Shown piece after piece: positions 19,715-28,909 of a stretch of 64,000 nt of DNA; the stretch's first letter is position 1, and each line of letters opens with the position of its first letter. The notes beneath the pieces were generated by a model. That model saw nothing but the letters and a program-made list of their open reading frames with translations. It had not been told where the DNA came from and made no database searches. Source of the DNA: an uncultured Solirubrobacteraceae bacterium (GTDB lineage Bacteria > Actinomycetota > Thermoleophilia > Solirubrobacterales > Solirubrobacteraceae); contig CAZPQW010000017.1 of assembly GCA_964588985.1 (NCBI GenBank), positions 1-64,000 of the forward strand, read 5' to 3'. A program made the translations under genes and the position numbers.

Positions 19715-22390
19715 ATGTTTGGGCGTCTGCAGGGAGTTCCAGAGCCGGTTTCCCGCAAGCTCGCCGAGCTGGGCGGTCGTATTGTCAAGCGCCCGTGCTC
19801 GGAACGCTTGGCGGTGGTGGTGTTCGTGGCGTTCTACGCGAGCTGGCAGGTTCTGCACTGGATCCCGCTGCGCCAGGAACTCGTCGGAGACTTGCTCTGG
19901 CTGGTGATGCCCGCTGCGGCGGGCTGGATGGCGTGGGGTGCGTCCGCTCGTGCTACGGCGGCACCGCGTCTGCGCAGCGCATGGCGGTGGGTCGCGCTGG
20001 CGATGCTCGTCGAAGTGGTCACGGGGGTGGTCGAACTCGTCGAAGACGAGCGTGGGGCTCACGTGTTCCCGTCGTTCGCGGATGCGATCTCGCTGAGCTT
20101 CTACCCGCTGCTGTTCATCGGCGTGCTGCGCTTCCCGAGCACGCGGCGCAGCGGTAGGGAGGCGCTCGAGCTCGCGCTCGAATGCGCGACCGTGGCCTTC
20201 GGCGTGGGCGCGCTGTTCGTCTACTTCATCATCGGTCCCGACGCCGATACGCTGCGCTCGTCGCTCGCGACCGTCGGCTCGATCGCGTACCCGATCGGCG
20301 ATGTGATCCTGCTCGTCGGACTCAGCAGCGTGCTGTTGCGAGGCGCGCTGCCGGCGGTCCGACCGAGCCTGCGGCTGATGGCGGTCGGTGCCTCGGTGTT
20401 CGCCTTCTCGGACTTCGTCTACGGCTATGCGGTGCTGCACGGCAGCTACACCTCGGGCGATCCGGTCGACCTCGGGTATGTGCTCGCGTTCGCGTGTTTC
20501 GCGTTCGCGGCCTCGATGCAGGGGAAGCTCGAGAGTGGGGACATGTCCCTGTTGGAGAGGGGCACGGGCGGACTGAAGGTGTCCTGGCTGCCCTACGTCG
20601 CCGTCGCGGTGGGTGTGGGGACGGTGATGGTGAAGGACTCCGACGAGTCCTTCTTCCCCGAACTGATCATCACGGTCAGCATGGCGGTGATCCTGTTCAT
20701 GACGATCGCGCGCCAGCTGCTCTCCCAGGTGAGCCTGCGCAACAGTCGCGAGCACCTCGCCCACGCGCAGGAGATCGCGCAGATCGGCTCGTGGAAGTGG
20801 GACGTGCTGCACGACAGGATCGAGCGCTCGGAGGAGGACCTGCGGTTGTATGGGATGAGCGATACGGCGACGGCGCCGGGCACCCTTGCGCAGTCGCTGG
20901 ACGCGATCCATCCGGAGGACCGCGAGCGGGTGGACTCGATCCTGCAGGCATCGCTGTGCGAGGGGCGCTCGTTCGAATACGAGATGCGCGTGGTGCGTCG
21001 CGACGGCGACGTGCGCACGCTGCTCGTGCGTGGCGAGGTGGAGATCCACGGCGGCAGGGTGACCAAGGTGCATGGCACCCGCCAGGACATCACCGAGCGC
21101 AAGCGCATGGAGGTGCAGCTGCAGTACCAGGCCGACCACGACCCGCTGACGGGTCTCTACAACCGTCGCAGGTTCGGCGAAGAGCTCGACAAGGCGCTCT
21201 ACCACTCAGCCAGATACGGCCACCCGAGCGCGCTGTTGATACTCGACCTCGACCACTTCAAGCTGATCAACGACACCCGCGGCCACAGAGCCGGCGACGA
21301 AGCGCTGACGACGCTCGCGCACACCATCAGCTCGCGTGTGCGCACCTCCGACCTGGTGGGACGGTTGGGCGGAGACGAGTTCGGGGTGATGCTGCACGAG
21401 GTGGGGCCCGACGAGGCGCTGACGATCGCCGAAGACATCCGCGTGACGATCGCGGCGCGTCAGACCGACCCGCCGGTGCGCGTGACGGGGGGACTGCTGC
21501 TGTACGACGGGAGCAGCGAGCTGATCGCCGACGACGCGCTGATCGCGGCGGACATAGCGCTGTACGAAGCCAAGGAGAACGGCAAGGACCGCCTGCAGGT
21601 CTACCGCGGCAGCGCGAGCGCGGCGGTCACGTGGGTGGACCGCATCCGCGGCGCGCTCACGGACGGGCGCTTCGCGCTGTTCGCCCAGCCGATGGTCGAC
21701 CTGCACGGCGGCGAGGTCCCCTACGACGAGCTGCTGATCAGGATGATCTCCGAGACCGGCGAGCTGATCTCGCCGGGGGAGTTCCTCCCGGTCGCGGAGC
21801 GCTTCGGCCTGATGAACGAGATCGACCGTTGGGTCACGCGCGAGGGGCTGCACATCGCGCAGCTCGGCAATCGCGTGTCGATCAACCTCTCGGCGCACTC
21901 GATCGGCGACCCGAGGATCATCGACTCGTTGCGCGAAGCCGTGATCGCGGGCCTCGCGCCGAAGCACGTGATCTTCGAGATCACCGAGAGCGCGGCGATG
22001 CGCAACATGGACGAAGCGCGCACATTCGCGCAGGCGCTGATCGAGCTGGGATGCGAGCTGGCGCTCGACGACTTCGGCACCGGGTTCGGGTCGTTCGTCT
22101 ACCTCAAGCACCTGCCCGCGCAGTACCTGAAGATCGACATGGAGTTCGTGCGCGAGATGGTCTTCAACGAGACCGATAGGCAGGTGGTGGACTCGATCAC
22201 GAAGGTCGCCCACAGCCTCGGCAAGCACACGATCGCGGAGGGCGTCGAGGATCAGGCGACGCTGGACGTGCTGCGCGAGTACGGCGTCGATCGCGCGCAG
22301 GGGTTCTTCGTGGGGCGTCCGGTGCGGATCTCGCCCTTGACGCGCTTCGAGCAGGCGGCGCGGCGCTCGCTTGCGAAGATGGAGGAGTGA
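19715..22390 (+). CDS. Membrane sensor-PAS-GGDEF-EAL c-di-GMP cyclase/phosphodiesterase
   Basis: Multi-TM N-terminus, IHPEDR PAS, DPLTGLYNRR, RLGGDEF, ELLIR, FEITE, DDFGTG, IAEGVE; exact start uncertain. Confidence 0.92.
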   Translation: MFGRLQGVPEPVSRKLAELGGRIVKRPCSERLAVVVFVAFYASWQVLHWIPLRQELVGDLLWLVMPAAAGWMAWGASARATAAPRLRSAWRWVALAMLVEVVTGVVELVEDERGAHVFPSFADAISLSFYPLLFIGVLRFPSTRRSGREALELALECATVAFGVGALFVYFIIGPDADTLRSSLATVGSIAYPIGDVILLVGLSSVLLRGALPAVRPSLRLMAVGASVFAFSDFVYGYAVLHGSYTSGDPVDLGYVLAFACFAFAASMQGKLESGDMSLLERGTGGLKVSWLPYVAVAVGVGTVMVKDSDESFFPELIITVSMAVILFMTIARQLLSQVSLRNSREHLAHAQEIAQIGSWKWDVLHDRIERSEEDLRLYGMSDTATAPGTLAQSLDAIHPEDRERVDSILQASLCEGRSFEYEMRVVRRDGDVRTLLVRGEVEIHGGRVTKVHGTRQDITERKRMEVQLQYQADHDPLTGLYNRRRFGEELDKALYHSARYGHPSALLILDLDHFKLINDTRGHRAGDEALTTLAHTISSRVRTSDLVGRLGGDEFGVMLHEVGPDEALTIAEDIRVTIAARQTDPPVRVTGGLLLYDGSSELIADDALIAADIALYEAKENGKDRLQVYRGSASAAVTWVDRIRGALTDGRFALFAQPMVDLHGGEVPYDELLIRMISETGELISPGEFLPVAERFGLMNEIDRWVTREGLHIAQLGNRVSINLSAHSIGDPRIIDSLREAVIAGLAPKHVIFEITESAAMRNMDEARTFAQALIELGCELALDDFGTGFGSFVYLKHLPAQYLKIDMEFVREMVFNETDRQVVDSITKVAHSLGKHTIAEGVEDQATLDVLREYGVDRAQGFFVGRPVRISPLTRFEQAARRSLAKMEE

Positions 22391-22490
22391 GCGCACCGAT
22401 CACGAGCCGCACCCCGCGCCTGACGGCGGTGATGCGCGACGGCGAGCGCGTCACCTCGCTGGAGCTGTTCTTCGACCTGGTGTTCGTGCT
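22387..22490 (+). pseudogene. ltrA: ltrA 5' fragment (codons 1-35), cut by the integrated element
   Basis: MSAPITSRTPRLTAVMRDGERVTSLELFFDLVFVL carries the LtrA signature ELFFDLVFV; similarity ends at GCT 22488-22490. Confidence 0.88.
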
Positions 22491-22505
22491 GGCGATTGCC
22501 ATTTT
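22488..22505. repeat. attL core GCT (crossover CT) plus element arm GGCGATTGCCATTTT
   Basis: GCT shared with the right junction; arm is an imperfect inverted repeat of the sequence at 32167-32179. Confidence 0.8.
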
Positions 22506-22525
22506 GATGCAAGGGGGCGAATACA

Positions 22526-24157
22526 ATGACCGACATGGCAAGGAAGCTGGCGATCCTATATGCGGCCAAGAGCACGGCCGACGAGAAGGACTCCATCGGC
22601 ACGCAGCTCGCGGACGGGCGCAAGCTCGCGTCGGACGAGGGGCGCGAGGTCGCCGGGGAGTACCACGAGGAGTCCAAGACTGCGTACTCGGGCAGCCGTG
22701 GCGATGAGCTTGTCAAGGCGTGCGAGCACGCGGCAGCCCTCGCCGCCGAAGGCCACGACGTTGCACTGATCGTCCAGCACTCCGACAGGCTGGCGCGCGG
22801 CGATGCCGTCAAGGGCAAGCACCTCGTCGAGTACCAGATTTGGGCGCTGAAGGCGGGCGTCACCCTCCGCTCGAAGCAGGACCCGCGCACCTGCGAGTCG
22901 ATCCTCGACGCCGCGCTGATGGGCACGCGCAACAACGAAGACAGCGCACGCAAGGCGCAGGCGACGAAGGACGGGCAGCACCGGACGGTCGAGCGCGGCG
23001 AATGGCGCGGCGGCATCCTGCCCGCCGGGTACGACGTGCGTTACGAGCACGACGAGCGCGGACGCATCACCGGGCGGACCATCATCTACCACGGCGAGGA
23101 TCAGGAGACCTACGAGCTGATCTGGCGGCTCGCGATCGACGGCGCGTCCGAGCAGAAGATTGCGTTGGAACTCAACCGGCGCGGCTACATGACCCGGCCG
23201 GTGCGCAAGGCGCACAAGCGCCAACCGTTCAGCGTCGGGCGCGTGAGCCAGATCCTCAACAACCCCTTCTACGCGGGGATGCAGCCGCTCAACGGCGAGC
23301 TTTCTCCCGGCGAGTGGCCGGCCTACGTCAGCTTCGAGGACTGGACGCGGCTGAAGGCGAAACGCTCGGTGACGGCCAGCGGCACGCGGCGGAAACGCGG
23401 CCGTCCGTCCGCGGGATACCTACTCAGCGAACTGGCGAAGTGCGCGAAGTGCGGCGCTGCCGCCCACGGGCGCAGCACGTACACGCGCAAGAAGGACGGC
23501 GTGCGCAGCCGCGCCTACGTGTGTCGCAAACACCGCGAACACCTTGAGGACGACGAGAACTACTGCCCCGTGATGCCGTGGGACGCGGAGGCCGTGGACC
23601 GCGCTGTGCTCGGCGAACTCGGACGCCTACTCAGCAACATGGACGACCTCCGCACGCAGCTCGAATCCGGCCAGCGCGCGGAACGCGACAAGTTCAAGCG
23701 GGTGGTCGCGGAGGCCACCGAGGATGCGGCTGCCGCCGAACGTGCGGCGGAGCGGGCCACGGCGGAATTCGCAAGCGCCGAGGACGCCGACGAGCGCGCG
23801 CTGCTCAAGGACGCCGCCAAGTCCAAGAGGGCCGAGGCGAAACGAGCCGAGGCGCGAGTGGACGCTGCGCTTGATGCGCTGGCCGATGCCAAGGATGAGG
23901 AGGTCGATCCCGAGGCCGCGATGTACGCGCTGTACCAGCGCCTCGCTAGCCAGCTTGCCGAAGCGGGCGAGGACGTGAAGGTGCTCAACGCCGCGCTGCG
24001 CGAGAGCTTCGCACGCTTCGAGCTACACGGCGACGGCCGGATCGTGCCGACGATTAGCCCCAGCGCCGCAGCGCAGTTCGCGCGCACCTCGGAGGTCAAC
24101 CTGCGCATGAGCCTCGGTGACGAGCTTCTACGGCTGCCCGCGTTTGTAGTCGCGTAG
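22526..24157 (+). CDS. Large serine recombinase (integrase)
   Basis: LYAAKST catalytic Ser region, HSDRLARG, recombinase domain (PAGY, ILNNPFYAG), Zn ribbon CAKCG...YVC...C, coiled coil. Confidence 0.92.
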   Translation: MTDMARKLAILYAAKSTADEKDSIGTQLADGRKLASDEGREVAGEYHEESKTAYSGSRGDELVKACEHAAALAAEGHDVALIVQHSDRLARGDAVKGKHLVEYQIWALKAGVTLRSKQDPRTCESILDAALMGTRNNEDSARKAQATKDGQHRTVERGEWRGGILPAGYDVRYEHDERGRITGRTIIYHGEDQETYELIWRLAIDGASEQKIALELNRRGYMTRPVRKAHKRQPFSVGRVSQILNNPFYAGMQPLNGELSPGEWPAYVSFEDWTRLKAKRSVTASGTRRKRGRPSAGYLLSELAKCAKCGAAAHGRSTYTRKKDGVRSRAYVCRKHREHLEDDENYCPVMPWDAEAVDRAVLGELGRLLSNMDDLRTQLESGQRAERDKFKRVVAEATEDAAAAERAAERATAEFASAEDADERALLKDAAKSKRAEAKRAEARVDAALDALADAKDEEVDPEAAMYALYQRLASQLAEAGEDVKVLNAALRESFARFELHGDGRIVPTISPSAAAQFARTSEVNLRMSLGDELLRLPAFVVA

Positions 24158-24227
24158 CGTCCGGCACTGCCAGGATCACGCGAGAGGCACGAGATGGACC
24201 CCTGAGAGGTGCGGTAAGCTGTGGCGC

Positions 24228-24608
24228 ATGAAGACAGTTGTCGTCGGCGCTCTTGCAGTCGCCGCCGTCCTAGCACCGGCGTCTGCGAAGGCGAACAACA
24301 CGGGCGTCGCCCGCCAGCGGATGACTGCACGGCTCTTTGCTGAATACAACAGCAAAGAAGAACGCGGGTTCGAGTACAACGGCTACCGTAACGGGTACGA
24401 ACGCCAACTGATGATGAAAGAAGGCCCTGATGCGACCGGGGCGACACGGTGGGTACCCGTCGAACTGAAGGTTTCGTGCCACGGACGCTCGTGCATCGGC
24501 CGCGTGTGGACGGAGGAATTTCCACAGCAGTACGTCCTCGAAGACCACGCCAAATTCCGCGGCCCGAAGGGCACCTACCACGAAACAGGGTGGAAGCCGC
24601 CATCGTGA
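24228..24608 (+). CDS. Secreted hypothetical protein (element cargo)
   Basis: Signal peptide MKTVVVGALAVAAVLAPASAKA; TAAGCT -10 box 7 nt upstream. Confidence 0.65.
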   Translation: MKTVVVGALAVAAVLAPASAKANNTGVARQRMTARLFAEYNSKEERGFEYNGYRNGYERQLMMKEGPDATGATRWVPVELKVSCHGRSCIGRVWTEEFPQQYVLEDHAKFRGPKGTYHETGWKPPS

Positions 24609-24707
24609 TCGACACGCGCCCTCTGCGCCGATGATCGCCGTCTAGCAGCTATTCGATCACGCTCGGCATCGAGCGCCGGGATATGACGATCTCGCCGTGC
24701 ATCGGGG

Positions 24708-24968
24708 TCAACCAGCCTTAGCCAGAATGTCGATCAGTCCCTTGGTCAGCGCGACGGTCTGCTTGCGCGTGAGGTATCCGGTGCTGGCAGCGAACAGCAC
24801 CGCCTGCGGCACAGCCGACATGGGTAGCTCGCCTCCGCGCGCACGCTTACCGTTCTTGTCGGGCCAGGCGTACTTCAAGGAGCACGCCTTGTTGTCCCAC
24901 GACGACCTGCCTAGCAGCAGCTCGTCTCCGGCCACGCCTTTCACTGGCTCTTGTAGCTCGACCTTCAT
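24708..24968 (-). CDS. Hypothetical protein
   Basis: GGAG RBS, globular composition, divergent from 25026. Confidence 0.6.
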   Translation of the reverse strand: MKVELQEPVKGVAGDELLLGRSSWDNKACSLKYAWPDKNGKRARGGELPMSAVPQAVLFAASTGYLTRKQTVALTKGLIDILAKAG

Positions 24969-25025
24969 GCTCCTACCCCGTTTCTTTGTCAGCGTCTACG
25001 AACAGTTTGGTTCTATAGTCGCAGC

Positions 25026-25277
25026 ATGGCAGACTCGCAAGAACCACCGATGATCCACATCGATCAGATCGCCGGAGACGAGTACTGGTCGGTGAAAATT
25101 CCTGTCGATCCTGCCGACTTCGAGCCTGGAGCCGACAAGGCGGCCGCCGTCAAACGCATGGGCGAACTTGCCTATGACACGATTGAGAAGGAACTGCAAC
25201 GCCGCGAGAGGAAGCGAGCGCGGCGTATGGCGTCGCGTGTGCCCGGCGATGATGGCCCGAAGCAGGACGAGGGATAG
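25026..25277 (+). CDS. Hypothetical protein
   Basis: TATAGT 6 nt before ATG (leaderless pattern); plausible composition. Confidence 0.55.
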   Translation: MADSQEPPMIHIDQIAGDEYWSVKIPVDPADFEPGADKAAAVKRMGELAYDTIEKELQRRERKRARRMASRVPGDDGPKQDEG

Positions 25278-25407
25278 AGTCTCTGTAAGTCAATCCCTTT
25301 CGTATGCACCATTTCCGGCACGGGCGTTTCGCGCAAGCGAGCGCCCGTGTTCGTTTGTGGGCAAGATATAATGAACATGAAATGGTCATTATGGGAAGAG
25401 GGTTGAT

Positions 25408-27000
25408 GTGCGCGATGACGACCGGCTCCTGATCGACGTGACAGGTGGGGATCTTCACGTCCACGCTGACGAGGCGTGGGACGCGCTGATGCGCGCCAAC
25501 GATCCGACGTTCCCTCGCGTGATGGTGCGCGGCAACGACCTTGTACGAAAGACGGAGCGCGGCGAGCTTGAGCCGTTCTCTGTGGACTCCCTCCGAGACG
25601 AGCTATCGAAGGTCGCGGTGTTCATCAAAGTGAACGCCAAGGGGGAGACGGTCCCGGTCAAGCCACCGGCGGAAGTGGCGAAAGTCATCCTGGCGCGCGA
25701 CTCGGCCGACTACGAGGACGGGCCACGGGTGGATCGCATCGTGGACATTCCGGTGCTCGGCATCGACGGGAAGCTCATCGACACGCCCGGCCACCACGAA
25801 GCGAGCCGGCTCCTGTATGAACCGGACCCGGCGCTGAAGCTGCCAGCGGTCGCGGGCGAGATAGGTAGCCACGAAGATGTGTGGCGCGCTGTGGACGTGC
25901 TGATGGATGATCTGCTCGGGGACTTCGGCTTCGAGGATGAGGCGTCGAAGGCGAACGCCCTCGCGCTCTTGTTGCTGCCGTTCGTGCGTGAGTACATCGG
26001 GGATCGGCCGACGCCGATGCACCTGATCGTCGCGCCGGAAGTCGGCACGGGAAAGACGTTGCTTGCGCTGTCGCTGCTCATGCCCGGCTGTGGGCTGGTG
26101 GACTTGACCCCGGAGGCGACGGACGAGGACGAGATTCGGAAGCGCATCACGGCGCAGCTACTCGCCGGAAAGCCAGCGATCGTGCTCGACAACATCGCAG
26201 GGTCGATCTCGAGTTCCGTTCTCGCGGGCGCGATCACGACCGGCAAGTGGTCGGACAGGGTTCTCAAAGAGAGCCGGGAGGTACGCCTACCGATCCGAAA
26301 CGCTTGGGTCGCAACGGGCAACAACGTCGAGTTGACGGACGAGCACAACCGGCGTGCTGTGCCGATCATCCTTGACCCCGGCGACGTGCGGCCATCGGAT
26401 CGACCCAAGCAGGCGTTCCGGCACGACGATCTGGTCGAGTGGGCGCAGGCGAACAGGGGCAGGCTGGTGGACGCGGCGCTGACGCTGGTTCGCAACTGGA
26501 TCGACGGTGGCGAAGTCGTGGCAGACGGCGAGACGATCCCAGTCGCGAGCGAGCGCACGCTCGGGACATTCGAGCGTTGGGCCGAGGTCGTTGGCGGCAT
26601 CCTCGCGGCAGCGGGCATCAAGGGTTTCCTCGGGAACCGGGATCGCATGAGCACGATCAACGTCGAGCGTGAGGAGACTTCGGCGTTCCTCTCTGCGTGG
26701 CACGGACTCGGGCTTGTACCTCAGACGCTTGAGGAGGTCATCGCCCTGTGCGCGTTCGACCAGCCGCTCCATCCGTTCGTGCCGGAAGCGCTGCGCATCG
26801 AGCACCCGGCGAGGTTCAAGCAGAAGATCATGTACTGGCTGCGCGATCACAAGGGCGCGAAATACGGAGGCTTCAAGCTGGTGAAGACGACGGGCCGTCC
26901 TGCACGGTGGGAGGTCGTGTCGCTGCACCATCACGGAAATCATGGTGCAGACGACGAAACGTCGGCCACCGTTGGGAAAACGGGAGATGTGGCCCGATGA
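25408..27000 (+). CDS. Replication-associated P-loop ATPase/helicase of phage/satellite type
   Basis: Walker A APEVGTGKT, Walker B IVLDNI, ATGNN, RR Arg-finger region; followed by iterons; TATAAT at 25367-25372. Confidence 0.75.
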   Translation: MRDDDRLLIDVTGGDLHVHADEAWDALMRANDPTFPRVMVRGNDLVRKTERGELEPFSVDSLRDELSKVAVFIKVNAKGETVPVKPPAEVAKVILARDSADYEDGPRVDRIVDIPVLGIDGKLIDTPGHHEASRLLYEPDPALKLPAVAGEIGSHEDVWRAVDVLMDDLLGDFGFEDEASKANALALLLLPFVREYIGDRPTPMHLIVAPEVGTGKTLLALSLLMPGCGLVDLTPEATDEDEIRKRITAQLLAGKPAIVLDNIAGSISSSVLAGAITTGKWSDRVLKESREVRLPIRNAWVATGNNVELTDEHNRRAVPIILDPGDVRPSDRPKQAFRHDDLVEWAQANRGRLVDAALTLVRNWIDGGEVVADGETIPVASERTLGTFERWAEVVGGILAAAGIKGFLGNRDRMSTINVEREETSAFLSAWHGLGLVPQTLEEVIALCAFDQPLHPFVPEALRIEHPARFKQKIMYWLRDHKGAKYGGFKLVKTTGRPARWEVVSLHHHGNHGADDETSATVGKTGDVAR

Positions 27001-27297
27001 GACGCTGCACCATGAAAACGCCGATGGTGCAGACGAAAAAGCTAGGCCACTATTGGGGAAATGAAGGATGACTGCACCATCTGCACCATGTTTTCCAGTT
27101 GTGTCGCGCGCATACGCGCGTGGGTTGGGTTCCTCTGTGGCGTCGCGCTCGATTACCAACTCATGCCAACCACCAAGACATGGTGCAGATGGTGCAGCGA
27201 CCGGGCAAATGACCCGGCAAACATTGGGCGAATGGACTGCACCATGACGCGAAACATGGTGCAGATGATGGTGCAGCATGGTGCAGTCATGGCGCAG
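26923..27297. repeat. Iteron cluster / putative replication origin (ATGGTGCAG x12 plus 1 variant)
   Basis: ATGGTGCAG at 26942, 27024, 27180, 27189, 27256, 27268, 27278; reverse complement CTGCACCAT at 26923, 27005, 27072, 27081, 27237; variant ATGGCGCAG at 27289. Confidence 0.8.
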
Positions 27298-27307
27298 GGA
27301 GGATCAG

Positions 27308-27547
27308 ATGTCTAAGCGACCCGGCTTCTCGGTGTGGGACGAGCGGCGCATACCGGCAGCCGACAAAGCCGCGCGTGACCACAAAGCACTGGCGGCGCTG
27401 GGGCAGGCCAAAAGCTGGGAGTACGCGCAGCACGTCGGCTGCTCTGAGCAGACGGCCAAGAACCGACTACGACGACTGTACGAAGCTGGCCTAGCAACGC
27501 GACGGCGTGAACGCGGGGAGGTCGGATGGACCTACGAAGCGAAGTGA
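27308..27547 (+). CDS. Small winged-HTH DNA-binding protein
   Basis: GGAGG RBS; EYAQHVGCSEQTAKNRLRRLYEAGLATRR...WTY. Confidence 0.7.
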   Translation: MSKRPGFSVWDERRIPAADKAARDHKALAALGQAKSWEYAQHVGCSEQTAKNRLRRLYEAGLATRRRERGEVGWTYEAK

Positions 27548-27706
27548 CGTGATGCGTCACAGGGGGAGGGCGGGGACTACACACCACGCCGAACGCGAGC
27601 GCCTAGGTAGGCACCTCTTTGTTCATCCCAAAATCTTTCTTGACACACAAGGCCCGGACTTCCCAGGCTCCGCCTGTGCGGGTCATAGGCGCGAAGCGAG
27701 CAAAAC

Positions 27707-28222
27707 ATGACGGCGCCAGCGCTGCCCAGGCCGGTCGGTCGTCGGTCCTTCCTCAAGCAGACGGTGGCGGAGTGGGAGTCGTGGCCGTGGGACACATGGA
27801 ACCCGTCGCAGGTGGCCCACGCCACCAGGACCATCGTCCTCATTGACGACCTGAACCGGGCAGCCACCGCAGCCGAACGCATCAAGATCGACCAGGCCGT
27901 GAGGCAGTCGCTGCGCGTGCTAGGCCTCACCAAGAAGGATGACGAGGAAGACGAGGAGACGCAGGAGGCGCGCAAGGCCGAGGACGCGCGCATCAGCGCG
28001 GAGAGGTCCAAGGCCAGCCGCGAGCGGCAGGCGATCCGCGCGGGCGTCGAGGTCATCGACCTGCACAGAGGCTGGCGTGACCGCGAGGGCAGTCTGCACG
28101 ACATACGCGAGGTCCTGTTCATGGATACGTGGGACACCGCGCTCGAAGACGAGCGCCAGGTGCAGGCCGAAGCGGAAGGTACTTGGCCCCGAAGGGGTGA
28201 ATCCGTCACAGTGAAAGTGTGA
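27707..28222 (+). CDS. Hypothetical protein, possibly terminase small subunit-like
   Basis: Pro-rich start, Trp-rich W..W..W segment, helical pair ending LRVLGLT as in many TerS proteins. Confidence 0.35.
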   Translation: MTAPALPRPVGRRSFLKQTVAEWESWPWDTWNPSQVAHATRTIVLIDDLNRAATAAERIKIDQAVRQSLRVLGLTKKDDEEDEETQEARKAEDARISAERSKASRERQAIRAGVEVIDLHRGWRDREGSLHDIREVLFMDTWDTALEDERQVQAEAEGTWPRRGESVTVKV

Positions 28223-28271
28223 CACGGGATAAAATCTTGCCAAAGGCAAGAGACCCAGGAGGGACAACAGA

Positions 28272-28538
28272 ATGGCAACACAGCGCAATCCAGAAGGTAA
28301 GTCCGAAGCCGGGCCGGGTGCCCGAGTAGGTGTGAATCGGAGAGTCGGCGGCACCTCGCAGCGCCCCGGCATCCCCGTCGGCGGCGGCACACGCGGCCGG
28401 TCCGTCACCATGACCGGCGTCGGCACCGAGGACAAGAACCCACCGGAGTCGGGGCGCGCTCGCCAGGACGCCGCTCGCGGCACCGTCCACGGCCAGCCGC
28501 GCAGCGGGTACAACGCCGGCGACAACATCAGTCGATGA
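28272..28538 (+). CDS. Small Gly/Arg-rich hypothetical protein
   Basis: GGAGG RBS; ATGA-coupled to the next ORF. Confidence 0.55.
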   Translation: MATQRNPEGKSEAGPGARVGVNRRVGGTSQRPGIPVGGGTRGRSVTMTGVGTEDKNPPESGRARQDAARGTVHGQPRSGYNAGDNISR

Positions 28539-28909
28539 CGTTCCCTATCGAGACGTTCCAAGACCGCGCGGCGAGGCGGAGGGAGCCCAAGGCCCTCCGT
28601 GAGGGCCACGACGCGCTCAACGACATGATCCGCCGGGGTCGCCCGACGCTGGAGGAGCGCGACGGAGTGCGCGTGATGCAGGGGTTCGAGCAGCGGGAGC
28701 AGGAGTTCGAGCAGCGCCAGCGTGAGCTCGACGCACGGGAGCCACAGCCCCCGCCGAACGACTCCAACGCGGCCCGCGCTGCTGGGCTCGACCAGGGCGC
28801 GCGGGGCGGCGGTCACACACCGGGAGCGCCCGCGCCCGCGCCGACAGGCGGGACCGGCGCTCTGCGTCAGGCGCTCCGCGAAGCCAGGGAAGCAAGGGGA
28901 GGCGTCTGA
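28535..28909 (+). CDS. Hypothetical protein
   Basis: Start/stop overlaps on both sides. Confidence 0.55.
   Translation: MTFPIETFQDRAARRREPKALREGHDALNDMIRRGRPTLEERDGVRVMQGFEQREQEFEQRQRELDAREPQPPPNDSNAARAAGLDQGARGGGHTPGAPAPAPTGGTGALRQALREAREARGGV

Noticed and set aside
22387-22707. 106-aa ORF as a real gene
   Set aside because: It is the ltrA 5' fragment reading through attL into an alternative frame of the integrase.
24998-25014. LexA SOS box in the element's divergent promoter
   Set aside because: GAAC and GTTC are separated by 6 nt instead of 4; the similar sites near 30576 and 36400 also fail the consensus.
26923-27297. Repeat cluster as a CRISPR array
   Set aside because: Repeats are only 9 bp, occur in both orientations with irregular spacing, and no cas genes are present.
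27061-27315. 84-aa Cys/Met-rich ORF as a metal-binding peptide
   Set aside because: Its composition simply reflects translation of the iteron repeats.
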